Source: Yuukianura sp. NJ FZ-2021
Lineage: Eukaryota
DNA: 64,000 nt
Direction of reading: 5' to 3'
Assembly (NCBI GenBank): GCA_046563655.1
Contig: CM102287.1
Span: forward strand, 3,968,001-4,032,000
Below are positions 37,575 through 51,075 of the stretch, piece by piece. The translations under genes were made by a program, and so were the position numbers. Below the pieces are notes generated by a model. That model searched no databases. It was not told where the DNA came from and saw nothing but the letters and a program-made list of their open reading frames with translations. Numbering within the stretch: the first letter of the stretch is position 1; each line of letters opens with the position of its first letter.

Positions 37575-40500
37575 TCAAGTGCTTTTCTCTTCTACAGCTT
37601 CTTTGTCTGACCTTTTGACCTCGACCACCGTAAATGTCGGTTTGCGTGACACACGTCGACTCTGACGACTGATCAGTTTAATCGTTTCGTTTTTGTTGTC
37701 GCTGTGCTCGTGTGCTTGTACTTCCGGGTCAATCTTGGTCAATGTCGTTGCTGGTTCTGTAATGTCGCCATCAATGTCAGCAAAGTCACTGGATGTCGTG
37801 GATGTCGTTTTGAGTAGCTTGAGAGCATTGTCTTTTGATAGATTTGCGACTTCTGATGTCGTTAAAGAATGGACCTTGGGCGGTGGTCGGTCATGGAGAT
37901 ATGCCAACGGTGGATTCGGTGATTCGCTCAGAAGTCGGTGGTTGCACGAACGCCAAACTTGGGAAGTTGGGCCACTTCCAACATAGCACCTTCAAAAAAA
38001 TTCAAAGTAGATTTGACCTTTGACCTTTCAAAAAAGTCAATGACCTTTGACCTTTGGGAAAAGGTCAATAACTGTAGACAACTCACCATGGAGTGCTTAA
38101 TCCACGAGAATAACCGCAGTAGTGATCTGGTCGGCAGCAAAAATCCCACGTTCCGCGCGTGTCGACGACGCAATAGTAAAATCCGGCATCCCTATCCTGC
38201 GAACATTGTCGTAAACACTTCTCTCCATTCACAGTGTATGTCTGGACTGCTAATTAACAAATTCAATTAATTAGTTAACTAATCGTAAGATTAACTTTTT
38301 TTAAAGCAAAACTGGTCAAACAAGGTTCCTTGACAACCAAATTGTATTTCCTACAACAGGTTGTCCAATAACTCAGGATCTCCAAAAATCGTACTTCAAA
38401 CTTTCTGCACCAAATTGTGTAAGTTTTTTTCCTATAATTTTTTTTCCAACTGATCCACTATTACTATGATGAAAAAAAGCCAAAATTGTCAAGATGAACC
38501 GGCTTCATTTTTGAAAATTTTAAAACAAAATTGAAAAACCGAGTTATTGGACAACCTGTTGTAGAAAAAAAAATGTAAAAAAATGAACCTTGGGGTCAAA
38601 GGTCAAGGTCAGCCGATTTTGTTTACCTTTACCTTCTGGTGGTGGGGGAATGTAGCGATTTCCTGGGTATTCTTGTAAAGTTGAAGGCGGGTAGTGATGG
38701 TCGCGTTCACGATCTCTTCGTCGGTCGTCGAAAGCCGGAGGGTACCGTGGTCGGTAGTCAATTTCTGGACGAAGTGGAGGTCTGTCACCATAGCGATGGA
38801 TGGTCGTAGAAGTTCCGGTACCGTATCGTGTATCACGGTCACGATCACGGTCATAGTAAGTACCCGTACCGTATCGCGTACCGCTTCCAGTCCATCGAGC
38901 TTCTTCACGACGACACATGATGTCGTTTTCATCGTAACTGAAAATTACAGCATTTTCATAACGATCTCTGGCAGGAATGAAGTCATTGGAACGCAAATCC
39001 CGTTCGTAGTAGTCGCTGATTTGACACGAACCACCAGAATTTGAGGTCATTCTGAAATTTTCAAAATTTCAAATTTTGAAACACATTTCAAAAAGACAAT
39101 TCTAAAATTTAATTTTGAGTACCTGAATGAAACAACTCTGCAAGGAAATCTTAGAACTTCCAGAGATCGCAAACACTCAATTCGGCATTCTTCCATGTTT
39201 TTCACCGGAAACTGAGCTCGGGTCCCTATTTTGACCATTTCAAAATTTTGAAAAAGCCCAAATTTTTTTTCTTGAAATTTTTGTAAAAAAATCAAAAATC
39301 AGGCTAACCTTCCGGAGAGAGATACGCGTCTTGTTTAATTTTCACCAAGCATGCTGCGACATAAAAAAAAATCAAAATTACGAAAACGTAATAATTGCAG
39401 TTTATTTTTAAAAAATAAGCTTTCCAGAGCACTTGCTTTAAGAATAAGCATTTTTTTTTAAAAAGAAGCTTTTTGAATTTTTTTTTTCAAAAATGTTTTC
39501 AAAAGTAAGTGAAGCGATTTGAAGCACCTTCTTTGCGAGGGTCATAATAAGGCAAATTAGGCATAGTAGTTGGTCGTATAAAACTACTTGTTCCAATCCC
39601 ATGCGTTACTGAACCCCCGACATCTTCCGAACCTGGTCTCGGGAATCGGTCAGCCACAGCCGATCCGTCCTTCGGCTCCTGGATCGGCGGGTAGTAGTAA
39701 CTCCCGGGTCTTTTGGAATGGTAGTCATAGTGATGGATTGTGGTAGTGGGACGTCTTGGAAGGTACCTGTCTGGGTACCGATCACGGTCTCGGTCGGTAT
39801 CAATGGGATACCGATCCCGGTCTCTGGGCGGGTACCGGTCGTATTCTCTGTCTCCATATGGGTACCGCTGGTCTCGACGTTCCGGATCGTAGCGGTTATC
39901 AGTAGTTGGACGCCTACTTTGGTATTGGTCGTACAAAACACACTCTGCCCCCATCAGACGCCCGAGTTCGTAGAGGTCATAATCGGGGTCAGCGACAACG
40001 TCGTACTGTGACAGGCGACTGATGTCCACATCGTACAAGTTGCAAACTGATTCGTGACTGGTGTCACGGTGAAACGGATCCCGACCCCTTGTTGTGTGAC
40101 TGTTCAAAATTACATTGAATTACTACGAATTACGAAGTAATTCAAAATGAATTACACTGAAAGTACTACGATTTACAAAGTAATCCAGGGTAAATTACAA
40201 TGAATTACTACGAATTACAATTCATTCAAAGTGAATTCCACTGAATTACTATGAATACAAAGTAATTCAAACTGAATTACACTGAATTACTATTGCAATT
40301 ACTCCAATTAGCTTGAACTTACCGAAGAGAGAACGCGCGACAACGAAATCTTGATGCTGTTTGACACAAAAATTCACACTGCGTCGAAGTAGAAGTGTAG
40401 TGTGTTGCTTTTACCAACTTCGTGTCCAGTTTAGCTCCACGTTTAGCCACCACTGCACAAACTAAATGAAATCGATTTTTTTTCGATTTTTTTTAATGAA

Positions 40501-42325
40501 AAAATGTCAATTTTTTGCTTAAAATGTTTAAAATTTTGCTTAGTTACCGCCAAATGACCCTAGTCTACTTGTAGTTTTGCAGTGTGGTTCACGTTGAAAG
40601 TAATCGTAATCGTAATCGTCCAGAAAATCGTACTTTTGCTGACTGGAATCATCGTAGTTGACGATGTAAAATGGAGATAGCTCGCAGTTAGCAACGTTGT
40701 AACTGTACGATCCGGAAACCATGTAACTACAAAAATTTCCAAATTTCACAAACTTTTCCAAATTATTTTTTAAAATTTGCTTTCAAATTTCGAATTTTCC
40801 AAAATTTGGATCATCATCTTCTCATTCTTACCGATAACTGATCGATCTACAAGTGGCATCTTCTATACAAGCCTCTTGGCATTCCTGAATTTTCAAAAAT
40901 AAAAAAACAACGAAAATCAAATTTAGAAATTTCAAAAAATTCTGAATTTCAAAATTTTCATTTTTCGACTATACCTGCAATCCAGCGACACTCAAAGAGC
41001 GAAAGACGTGATGTTTTTCAAGTCTTTTGCCAGACATGAGGCGGTAGAAGCAATCTTACAAAATTGAGTTATTTTAAATAACTTATTAAAATTAAGTGTT
41101 AATTACTTTAATTAATTGTTTTAATTAGTTATGTTAATTAGTTAATTACCAATTGGAACTCCGTTTCCCACTGGAGTTAAGTAACTACTGCCAGCACTGA
41201 ACAGCGGTTGACGTTGCATGCACTGCGGAGACATCATGTAGATGTCGTACTACAATAATTTTTTTATTTTTTCAAATTATTTTGAGGAAACTTAGGTAAT
41301 TCGCACTCAAGTTTTGGATTTTGAAATTTCATAATTTTGAAATTACTACAGATTGTCCTCAGATTACAAAAATTTCTCGTTTTTGAGATTTTATATTTTT
41401 TCTTATAATTATAGTTTAAAGTTTTTGAACTCACTTGATGAGATTTCGTGATTTCGTCGTAAGGAAGTGTGAGATTGTTGACACTTCGGGAATCTCGTAA
41501 AGTTCGGACAGCGAGTTCACAGGTTCCATTGGCCGCACCAGTCACACTGTTTGATTTTTCAAAAAACAACAAAAAAGTGCACTTTTTGAAAACAAAAAAT
41601 CGGGATTTTTTGGAATTTGAATTGTTTTTGTCAGGCGATCCCAATTAAGTTAATTAAGATTCGTCACACTTAGGCAAATCCAAAGAAAAAAGAGCAAGAT
41701 GACAAAGAAAAAGAAGATTCTAAGGAAGTGGATCGTAATTTTTTCCAGCTCATGCGCACTCAAGGGTAATCCAATTAAAAATGGCCCCCAAAAGTTATTG
41801 TCACTTCATTCATAAGTTCAACAAAAAACTTTGAACTTTTTGTTCAAAATTTCATAAAAACGAAAAAAGTAGAAGTTTTTACCCGTAAGCAAGTGCTCCA
41901 CAACCACGTTCCCGTTCACATTCCCTTTGACATTGCTCCAGAGTCAATGACTGAAATTTTAGAAATTTTGTTAAAACAACTCAAATTTCGAAAGTTGAAC
42001 TTCCGTCACATTCTCGGCTTTCAGTTTTCAAAATTGAAAATTTTGAACACAGTTTTTATATTTTACCGTAAATGTTCGTTGAGGGCGCCCCGACGCCAGA
42101 CGATACCCAGAAAGCCATTTTTCAAAACAATCGTTGTCTGCTGCTACTTGGTTGATTCGTAAATCATGAAAAATTACAACATTAAATAAATTTTGGGATT
42201 TTAAAATTTCGTAATTTTCAAAATTTCAAAAAATCTTGTCATGCATTACCTCTCCTGTACTGACCTTCCGTCTTTAACCAAAATTGTGCCAGTAAAAACA
42301 AAACTACTGTCCATTTCGAATCCAT
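37575..42325 (-). CDS. Secreted multi-PAN/apple-domain protein with R/D/Y/P-rich linkers and a C-terminal Cys/Trp module
   Basis: Signal peptide MDSKWTVVLFLLAQFWLKTEG. About 15 small exons splice in phase into four PAN-like units (C...C-x3-C...C-x3-[SA][YFL]...C-x-[LI]...YD-x-Y). C-terminal TVNGEKC...FYYC...WDFCCRPDHYCGYSRG...PWCYVG...WRSC. No ZP domain seen. Confidence 0.85.
38354..38561. mobile_element. 208-bp MITE with perfect TIRs and TA target-site duplication, intronic in the PAN gene
   Basis: TA-CAACAGGTTGTCCAATAACTC ... GAGTTATTGGACAACCTGTTG-TA; 21-bp perfect inverted repeat flanked by TA on both sides. Confidence 0.85.
40110..40305. repeat. Degenerate intronic GAATTAC/GTAATT-rich tandem repeat
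   Basis: Repeated gaattactacga/aaagtaattcaa units fill one PAN-gene intron. Confidence 0.6.
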
Positions 42326-45300
42326 TTTTACACAAAATGCCACTAAACTTTTCTTCAATTTTTTGTCACCGAAATTTTCACTATATTTTAGTTCGATTTC
42401 TTTTCTTTTCGTAGCGGAAAGACCACCAACGTAAAATTTATTAGACCATTGTGGTAAAGCTACGTTGATTTTCAGTTTTGTGAAACTGCTTCCCAAAATT
42501 CAAAGTTTTTTGAAGTCCTCAATCCAGTTTTGGTTGAAACTGAAGTTTGTTGACAGAGTTTGAGTTTGGTGTGAGTTCGTGCCAGTGTTTTCCCACTGCC
42601 AAGTAGAAGTGAACTGGAAGACAATGGACCGTGGGAGTGCAGTGTATAAGGAAGACACTCCAAGTGCTGTCGTGGGGAGTGATTCAAAATGTTGATCAAG
42701 TACTTGGGATGCTGCTGGGCAGCGGATGCTCATTATTTTCATCTTCCAAGAAACTTACCCCCAATTCCAACTTCAAAGAAACCAAAAAAGCCTAAACATG
42801 CTAAGGATTCGCTTCACAGAATTTACAAATACCGTAAAAGTCCAAGCAGAAGACATACTTTTTCATTTCCAAAACTGAGATACCAAAACACAGGCGAAGC
42901 ACGGAAGAATAAAAACTGATTACTTTTTTCCCATTTTGCATAGATTATTTGTAGCTTTACGGTATTCTTTGAAAAGGAGCCTTGAATTTATCTTGGTCGT
43001 CGCATTTCTAGTCACCGATTGTCATCAGATTCAGAACACGAAAGTAAGTTCTCAAAATTTCAGTTAATTTGGATCCACCATGCAACAAATTGTATCAAAA
43101 GAGTTTCAAAAGCAAAGAAGAAACGAACGGAACCGAGGAAGCTTGACCTTTGCTGCATCAGAAGCCTGAACTTTTCAATTTTTGCAAAATTGCGAAACTT
43201 TTTGCACGCCCAATTTCTGTTTCTGGTGGTCAGCGAACAGAAAACATTTTTTGTTCGTCTTCCTTTACACAAAAATACGAAAATGAAAAAAATTGTGAAA
43301 AAAATTCTCACACCATTGTAAACCTTGATACAAACTACGACTTACCCAAAAAACACACCGGAAGAAGAGCATTTGACCTTTCAAAATTTACAACTCATCA
43401 CAGAATCAAATGCAAACGAAAAAATTTATTACAAGAAAACATGAATTTGTAAATTTCCTTCCTTTTTCACCTTTTTGTCTTTACTGGAATGATTTCTTAA
43501 GGAAATTTATACGAGTGGAACTTCTAAAGTCCAAAAAATCACAAAGTTCAAAAAGTAATTAATTCTTCGGAGGTCAAGAACATCGAAAATTGAAAAAACT
43601 TAATTTTTCTTTTTAATTTTTTGAAAACTTAATTTCCTGACTTTTGTGAAGTGAAAAGGAAGATGAAGTTGTAAAGAAAAAAAGAGGAAGTTGTTTTCTT
43701 TTCGGTTGAGTGACCCAGAAGATCCAGAGGTCAACTTTTCATATAAAAATTTCAAAAAAGTTGAATCTTTAGTCTTGGGCGGAGTCTCTTTCCTTCCATT
43801 GTCATCAAAATTTCGAAAACTAAAAAAAATCTACATCCTCATCTTGCAAAAGACAAAAACTTTCATTCAAAAGACTTCAAAATTCTTTAAAAATTTAAAG
43901 TTTCAGGCAACTAATGTTGGTTCATCAACCTAACCAAGATTTTTCAAATTGAATTTTTGACAAAACTTTTTTTTTTTGTCATTTTTTTCAAAAAGTTGCG
44001 AAACATTATGTCATGAGCGGATATGGCCGTAACTGTCATCTTCCTTTGTTATTGAAGTCTCGTCACCCACAGAGAGACCTCAATCATGAAACGCAAAAAC
44101 GCCTAAAAATTTCAAGGACGTGACACAAAATGACAATTTTTTAAAAACGAAAAAAAAAAAAAAATTTAGGTCAAAGTTTTTGACCGCGACAAAATTACGC
44201 CCCTCGTACACTGGAAATTGGAGCAAAAAAGAGCAAAATTTTCACTTAATTGAGATGTAACTAACACCTCTTAATTAGTTCTAATTAACTAACCAATTCT
44301 TTCACAATTTTTATTCACTTTTTAAAACTTGTAGTTACACCCTAAATACTTGAATTGTACATGAAATTGGACACTTCTTGTTGATTTTCTTTTGTAAAAT
44401 TGCCAAAAACAAACGTTTTTTGGCAACTGTTTCCACTCTCATCTTCTTCTGTGTATCAAAAATTATGTCATTTCCGTTTTTCAATTAATTAAATTACACC
44501 TTTCACATTTTACATTTTGAACAAACTAATTAACACGACTACTAATTTACACTAATTTGCTAACAATTTTTACAAGTTTGCCATTTTCAACCAAATTCTT
44601 ACTACAAATGCATTTTTACTAGGAAAAAATTTCGTTTTGTTTTTTTGCTAAAACTTAAAACTAACACTCATTATCTGCCCATTTGTTCAAGAATTGCTCA
44701 AACAGAACATTTACAATAGAAATGTAAACAGAAATAAAAAAAAACAGTTTTTCAAAATTTTATAAACTACTACTTAATTTACTACCATTTTGAAAACACG
44801 GGAGGTTTCTTTTCTTCATAGTCTAAAAAATCAAGTCTTAAAATTTTTGAGGAACTGAATTTTTCGTTCAATTCCCAAACCGGTACACAGTTAAATTTTT
44901 ACACTTAAAAGTAAAACCAAACACGCTAAAAACTAAAAGCTAAAAGTGTTTTTAGTTCTGAAAACTAAAATTCTAAATGCTAAAAAAAGTTTCTTTGTAC
45001 TGGAATTTTCATTTAAACAAAAAATGAAAAACAAACACCTATAGAAGAGAAGCTAAAGTTCAAACACATACAAAGGTTAAACCAATAACTAATTAACTAA
45101 ACTAACTAATTAAGTTAACTAAAAACTTAAGTATGTTTCAAAATCTGTAGCTGTAGCTGTGGACTATTTGTTTTATGGTAAAAAAAATTCCCTGAGAAGT
45201 TAAGCTGTTCACGTTTCGGTTTTTCGAAAAAACTAAACTACATTTTTGTCACAATGAATTTGATTCGTTCGAACGGAATAAGATGAAGGAGGCAAATATT

Positions 45301-46115
45301 CATAAAAACGTACGTTTTTCCTCATTTTGTACTTTGTACACTGATATTAAATACAATGTTAACATTAACGTCATGTACATAACGTTATGCAATTGCAGAA
45401 CGGCATAAACGTACATAACGTTAACGTTATGTGAACCTACACATTACAGTTACTTTTAAGTTAAAAAGCTGCTAAAAACTAAAAGTTAAAAACAAGGCAC
45501 AGATACATACACATTTCACCAAAACACAAGAGAAAACAAAATTGGAGCAACGACTTTCACCATACAATGTAATTCAGTAGTTGTAATTACACTGTAATTA
45601 CAGTAATTACAAAGTAATTACAATTACTTTGGTGAAGAAAAAGTCATCATAGCTCAATTGAAATTTTGAAACTGAAAAAAAAACTTATTCTAAATCAGGT
45701 ACGTTAAGTGTGTAGTTTTACATAGGATTTTTTCCACCTTGTCCCATTCCGTTTTTTGTAAGACTTTTTGTAAATTGTAAAAATTGTAAAGTTAAAATTT
45801 AAGTGTTTTCTAAATAGTAAATAGCAGCGGCTCGGGTGTTAACATTAAATTTACACCTTTTGTACTTGAACTTCAAAAAAATTTAAAAATTAACAAAAAA
45901 AACTAAAGACGTTTTTTAAAAATAAAAATAAATACTTCAAGTTTTTACCCGTACTGTTTTGTTGTTTTCTTCATCAAGTCTAAAAGAACGCAGAAACGAA
46001 AAAAAAAGTTGTTGCCGTTTTTCCGGAAATGAAGAAAGCTGTCTTAGTTTTTGGTGAAAATCTGGAACACTTTTTTTCTGCCTCTGCTAGAAAATGCTGG
46101 CAAGTTTTTTGAAAA

Positions 46116-49100
46116 TCAACTTGACATTTCGCCCTCTTCTTCCCCTCTTACTCGTTCCCCAACTAGAGGTTCACAAACGCCTCCATTTATATCTGGATGT
46201 CCTCCCTAAAATTTCGAAAAAGTCAGCAATGAACTATCGATTTTCAAAATTTCGAAATTCAACGTAGGTCAGAGGTCAAAATAAGAAAAAATTCTGACCT
46301 TCGTATCCAAGTGCTGTCCTTGTATTTCAAGACCGGTAAGATCTTTCATTTCCAGTGGAGCACTGTCTACTGTGTCTTTCCCGCTAACATTTCCAGTAGC
46401 TACATAAGAACCTATGAAAAATTTAGAAAATTTTTGAAAAAGAATGAAAATTTTTGAAAGATTTTCTTTTGAAAATTGAGACTCACCCCTCCGTGTCCTT
46501 CTGCCTCTTCTTAGCAGAAACGAAAAACAGCGGTTGCGACAAACGATAATGGCCGCACAGATGACGATACTCAGGATACCCAGAGTGATACCAAGAATTA
46601 GACCTAAAAAACCAAAAAAAGTAAAACATGTTGTAAAGGTCAATGTGAAGGTGAGGTCAACTCTAAGGTCAACGTTAAGTCAATGAAACTCACCCAGATT
46701 ATGTTCATTTGCCAAGAAATCGTTAGGATCCTGGCTACTACTAGTCGTCGTACTGTCTTCACCAACTGAACTTGTACTTGAATTCCCCTTGAGCGTTTGA
46801 TTCTGATTACTATTTGAAATACGGAAAACTATAGTGCTTGAGTATTCCCCTCCTCCTCCTCCTCCACCGCTCGACTCCGCCATAACCCTCACAAAGTAGT
46901 TTGTATTCTCCGTCAAGTTCTCCAGTGTCACTGAAGTCTCATTCGTAAGAATTACGGAAGACTCTGCAATTCAAATAAAAATGCAACTTTGCCAAAATCC
47001 AAAATTTCGAAATCTAAACGTGTTGATAGCAGTACCATTCTTGTTATGAAGCGAAGTCGTTACTTCCACGGCAAAGGAAATGACGTTTCCGGAAGCCAGC
47101 GTCGTCGGCATTTCCCAGCTCAGTCGAACCGAGTTGTTTCCAACCACGTGGAATTCGAGTGAACTCGGCTTTCTTGGAGGAGCTAAACAAAAAACGAAAA
47201 AAAAATTGTGATAAAAAGTCAAAAACAAAATTCAGTCAAAATGGAAAGTTTTTCGAAAAATTGCCACATACAATCATCTGATGTGGAACAGTAGACGCGA
47301 TCAGACTGCGGTGAAGCCGATTTGATACTGTAGGCTCGAACGTAAATAGAGTAATTTGTATTGGGTAGGAGGGATTCGAGTAAGGCGTTTGTATTATTCG
47401 TCACCTTCTGCGTTTCTACACCGCCACCTACACAAAAATTAACAACACGATTGTAAAACTTGTACCTAAAATAGTTCATGATCCATCAAACGACTTCAGC
47501 AAAAACCATAAAGTGATTAAGTAATTACGTTAATTTCAAAGTAAATAAGTGGAATTTCAAAGTAATTCAGTTGAATTTCAGAGTAATTCAGTTAAATTTC
47601 TTACTTAGTGGCGTGTAGTGGACAGAAAAGGCCTTGATACTCTCTTCATCCTGTGGATGAACCTTCCACTGGACTTGGATTGACCTGGAGGAACTGAGTG
47701 AGCAGATGAGGTCAAGGGGCGGATTGAGTCCTTCGAGATGCGTTTCGATGACGAGGCTTCCAGTGGCCAGGAATCTCCCAGCTTCACACTGGTACACTCC
47801 TGAGTCAGATGCCACCGTATTGGAAATGACCAGCTCACTTCCACGCGTCTTCACTCGTCCAGTATTTGTCTCCAGCAACTCTCCATTTTTGTACCATAGT
47901 AGTTGGGGTGTCGTTGATTTACATTCAAATCTAACTGTCTTTGCTGCCGGGTACCTGAGGTCGGGTAGGTTTGGAAATGACGGCGGGGCATGAGTATCCA
48001 TGGACTAAAAACAAAAGATTTCACGAAAATAGTTTCAACTTTTCAAAAATTTTGAAATTTTGTGTTTTTTGACTGACCTTGGAGATCTGTTCCGATCCGA
48101 CCGTAACTACACAGTCGTAGTTGGCGGAACCGTTCTCCTTATTGAGCCAAATTCGATTGCCCAGTGAGGTATGTTCGGTTTGAGGATGAGTCAAGAATGA
48201 GTCATCATGGAGCGGAGTGGAGAGAATCCAGGAACTCCGTGGTGACGGAACTCCACTCCCTATGCAGTAGAATTCTTGAGTTTCACTAGTCAGAGTCACT
48301 GTACTGGGAAAAGTGTCTAACACAACGGGACCAAAGTTCTGATCAGTTCTGTTCACTACCACGGAAACACTCGCTGTTATTTCATCGTCCAGAACCCAAT
48401 TCTGGACGTGACATGTAAACTGTCGGTTGTTATCTTCGGGCCGAAGGGTAAGGATGAGCAAACTGCCAGAACTAAGCTGCTTGTAGCGGGGATGATTTGG
48501 TTCTATGGTGAGGTTAGAAGTGAGCCAACGCACTTCTCCAGTAGGAACTGATAGTATTGGACACGGTACTACAATACTTGTGTTTATAAAGCCCTCCAAC
48601 GGTACGTCCCCTGCGGATACTGTAGATGACAACACTAAAGACAGAAAAATAAAAACCAATTCTTACTTTTTCTGAACGTTTTTGACAAAAAGAAGAACGT
48701 TTTTATAAACTCTTAAAACTTACCAGGGTTGAGGACTGTGTGAACCGGACCAAGTATGGTACCGAATCCACTTTGAACGAAACATCTATATTCTCCTTGA
48801 TCTTGTGGAGATGGATTTTCCAACTGTAGATCTAAGTGATTTATAAGCTGTCGAGGTATTGTAATTGGTTGACCGTCTTTTCTCCACCCGTTATCCAAAA
48901 TTTGACTAGGAGGTGATATTTGGATACCACACGGAAGAGTAATGCTACTTCCAAAAGTGTAGAATTCCTGTCCCAAGTGTCGCACTCCAAAATTTCTGGA
49001 ATCTGCAACAAAATTTGTCAAATCCACGCACAATTAGTCTGAAGTTCAGCTCATGAGTTGTATTTTACATGTCATATTCATACCTCCTTCAGTGCCCATC

Positions 49101-49174
49101 AACTGTGGTCGTGAATGGGCTTCCAGGAACATTAGCGAAAACGCTACAAATAGGGTGTTGGTCACGGTAGCCAT
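46116..49174 (-). CDS. Protogenin/IGDCC (DCC-neogenin superfamily)-like receptor: signal peptide, 4 Ig, 2 FN3, TM, short tail
   Basis: ATG 49174 MATVTNTLFVAFSLMFLEAHS. Ig motifs (LPC...WRKDG...DQGEYRC; WYKNG...DSGVYQC). FN3 motifs (LLPNTNYSIYVRAY; LTENTNYFVRVMA). TM LILGITLGILSIVICAAIIVC. Tail ...HLDTK/GGHPD...EMSS-TGA at 46116. Confidence 0.85.
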
Positions 49175-50207
49175 ATAAGGGTCTCATTAATTGAACTTCG
49201 GTTGGATAAATGCAAAACTTGAATTTGTCGATTCCTTTGTAGACGTTTTCCTAAAGAAAAACACAGCATTATGAAACGTTGTTTGACGGTTTACCGAGAC
49301 CTAGCGTTTAGGATGAACTTTGCAGAGTATATAATGGTAATCGAATGTTGACTTACGTTAATTGGAGATTATCCTATGACGCATTGTGCGTAGGTAAACA
49401 ATAATATTCAGCTGCATAATTTCTCCTGTGGATTGGAGAAGTTCCTTGGGACAGTTTTTGATCGTAGTGAACGTGAGTGATTCGACAGGATACAGTTGTT
49501 GGCCTCTGACTAATTGAATACTCATTTCGAATCTTAGTAAAACTTAATTAGACAAATAGGGTTTAATCCTTAAGAATTAAGTAATTAATATGGAAGAAGG
49601 AGGACACGACTAAAAACATGATGCGAATTACTTTTTTGTAAACAGACTACGTAAAAAACCAATTCAGAGATTCCCGCTTGCGATTTACTGAAATGCGGAC
49701 CCCTGACAATACGCAGTAAGCCTTTTTTCGCACCTGGGCAGTGTAATTGAACATTCAATTATTTTTAGCTTAGTTAATTATAAATTAACTTCAGAGTAAT
49801 TAGTAAGTAATTAAAAGGCGAAGGTTAGTTAATTTTAATTAGTTTTACAATTTAAACACCGTATTTAACAATAACGTTGATGCCAAACTTTGTTTGTGCG
49901 TGTGACTGATTTTGGTTTGTGCGAGTGTGCCTTAGAAGGACCCAAAAAAAAAACGCAAATTGAATTTCATATGTAAATTCGTAAATTTGTAAACAAAACT
50001 CGCGATTTTCTGAAGAGTTTTCTGGCGATTTTGTAGGTACGTTTCGGGTAAGTAAAGATAATTTACGTAGAAACTTGTAGCGACTTACAAGAATGTGATT
50101 AATCGTTACGTTCCTTCGGAATTCAAATCAATTACCGCTGCAATATTAATCATTTTTCAGGATTCGTTTTTCGTTTACAGTCTGGGGTCAAGGTCAAGGA
50201 AGGGAGG

Positions 50208-50676
50208 ATGTTAAGGTCAAAGCTTCTCATGTTGTCAATGGCTGCTAGGAATACTGGAGTGAGGAACTTTTCAACGACAGGCCAGAAACTTGGTGGCCAT
50301 GACTGGTAAAGTTTCAATTCAACAGCGGAAAGTTAATTAAAAGCGTTTCTTAATAGATTTTTTTTCCATTTTGTTTGGTAGGGTCTATCGAGAGTTTCCT
50401 AAGGCTGGGTTCCAGAAGACAGCGACTGTTATGGGAGCCTTCATGTGGTGGTGGATATGGTGGCACATCTTTACCGATTACGACCATCTTATTGTAAGAA
50501 ATACGAAACGATTGTGGAACGATTTAGAATCCAGCGTCTCACCAAATTCAGTCGTTAATGAGTTGATAAGTCAGTAGTAATGATTTTTTGGATTGATTCA
50601 GGGACACTTTCCTTTCCCCGACTCCTCATCCTGGACAGATGCAGAACTGGGTATCCCGCCAGATTCGGAAGAATGA
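50208..50676 (+). CDS. NDUFB2: NADH dehydrogenase (ubiquinone) 1 beta subcomplex subunit 2 (AGGG)
   Basis: Three exons: presequence MLRSKLL...GGHDW, VYRE...GAFMWWWIWWHIFTDYDHLI, GHFPFPDSSSWTDAELGIPPDSEE-TGA, matching the characteristic NDUFB2 C-terminus. Confidence 0.95.
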
Positions 50677-51075
50677 AGAATGAGTGAGGAATTCAAGCTT
50701 CAATTGATAAATCTGGTCGTCCACTTTCTCACTGAAAAGCCAACCAACCGGAGAAAGGGACATACTGTAGAGAACGGTACCTTAGGACTTAGAAAATCAT
50801 AGTAATTAACTGCCTTGTCTACGATTTACGAAAAGTAAAAGCCGCTGTTCAATTCGTGAGCTCAATTCCACATACCGTCAATCGATCTTTATTTGTTTAA
50901 TTTTTTACAATCCATGTTTTGGAAATAACTACTTTAGAACTGGGCGAACTACGGCGGTTTGGATTTCTTGACGAAGTGTTAACGATGACCTGGCAGTGTC
51001 CACCGCCCATTCTTCGGTATGGGAGTAAATCAAGTAATTAGTGCTAAGAGTTCTGGCGCTGGATGTTCTGGATGT

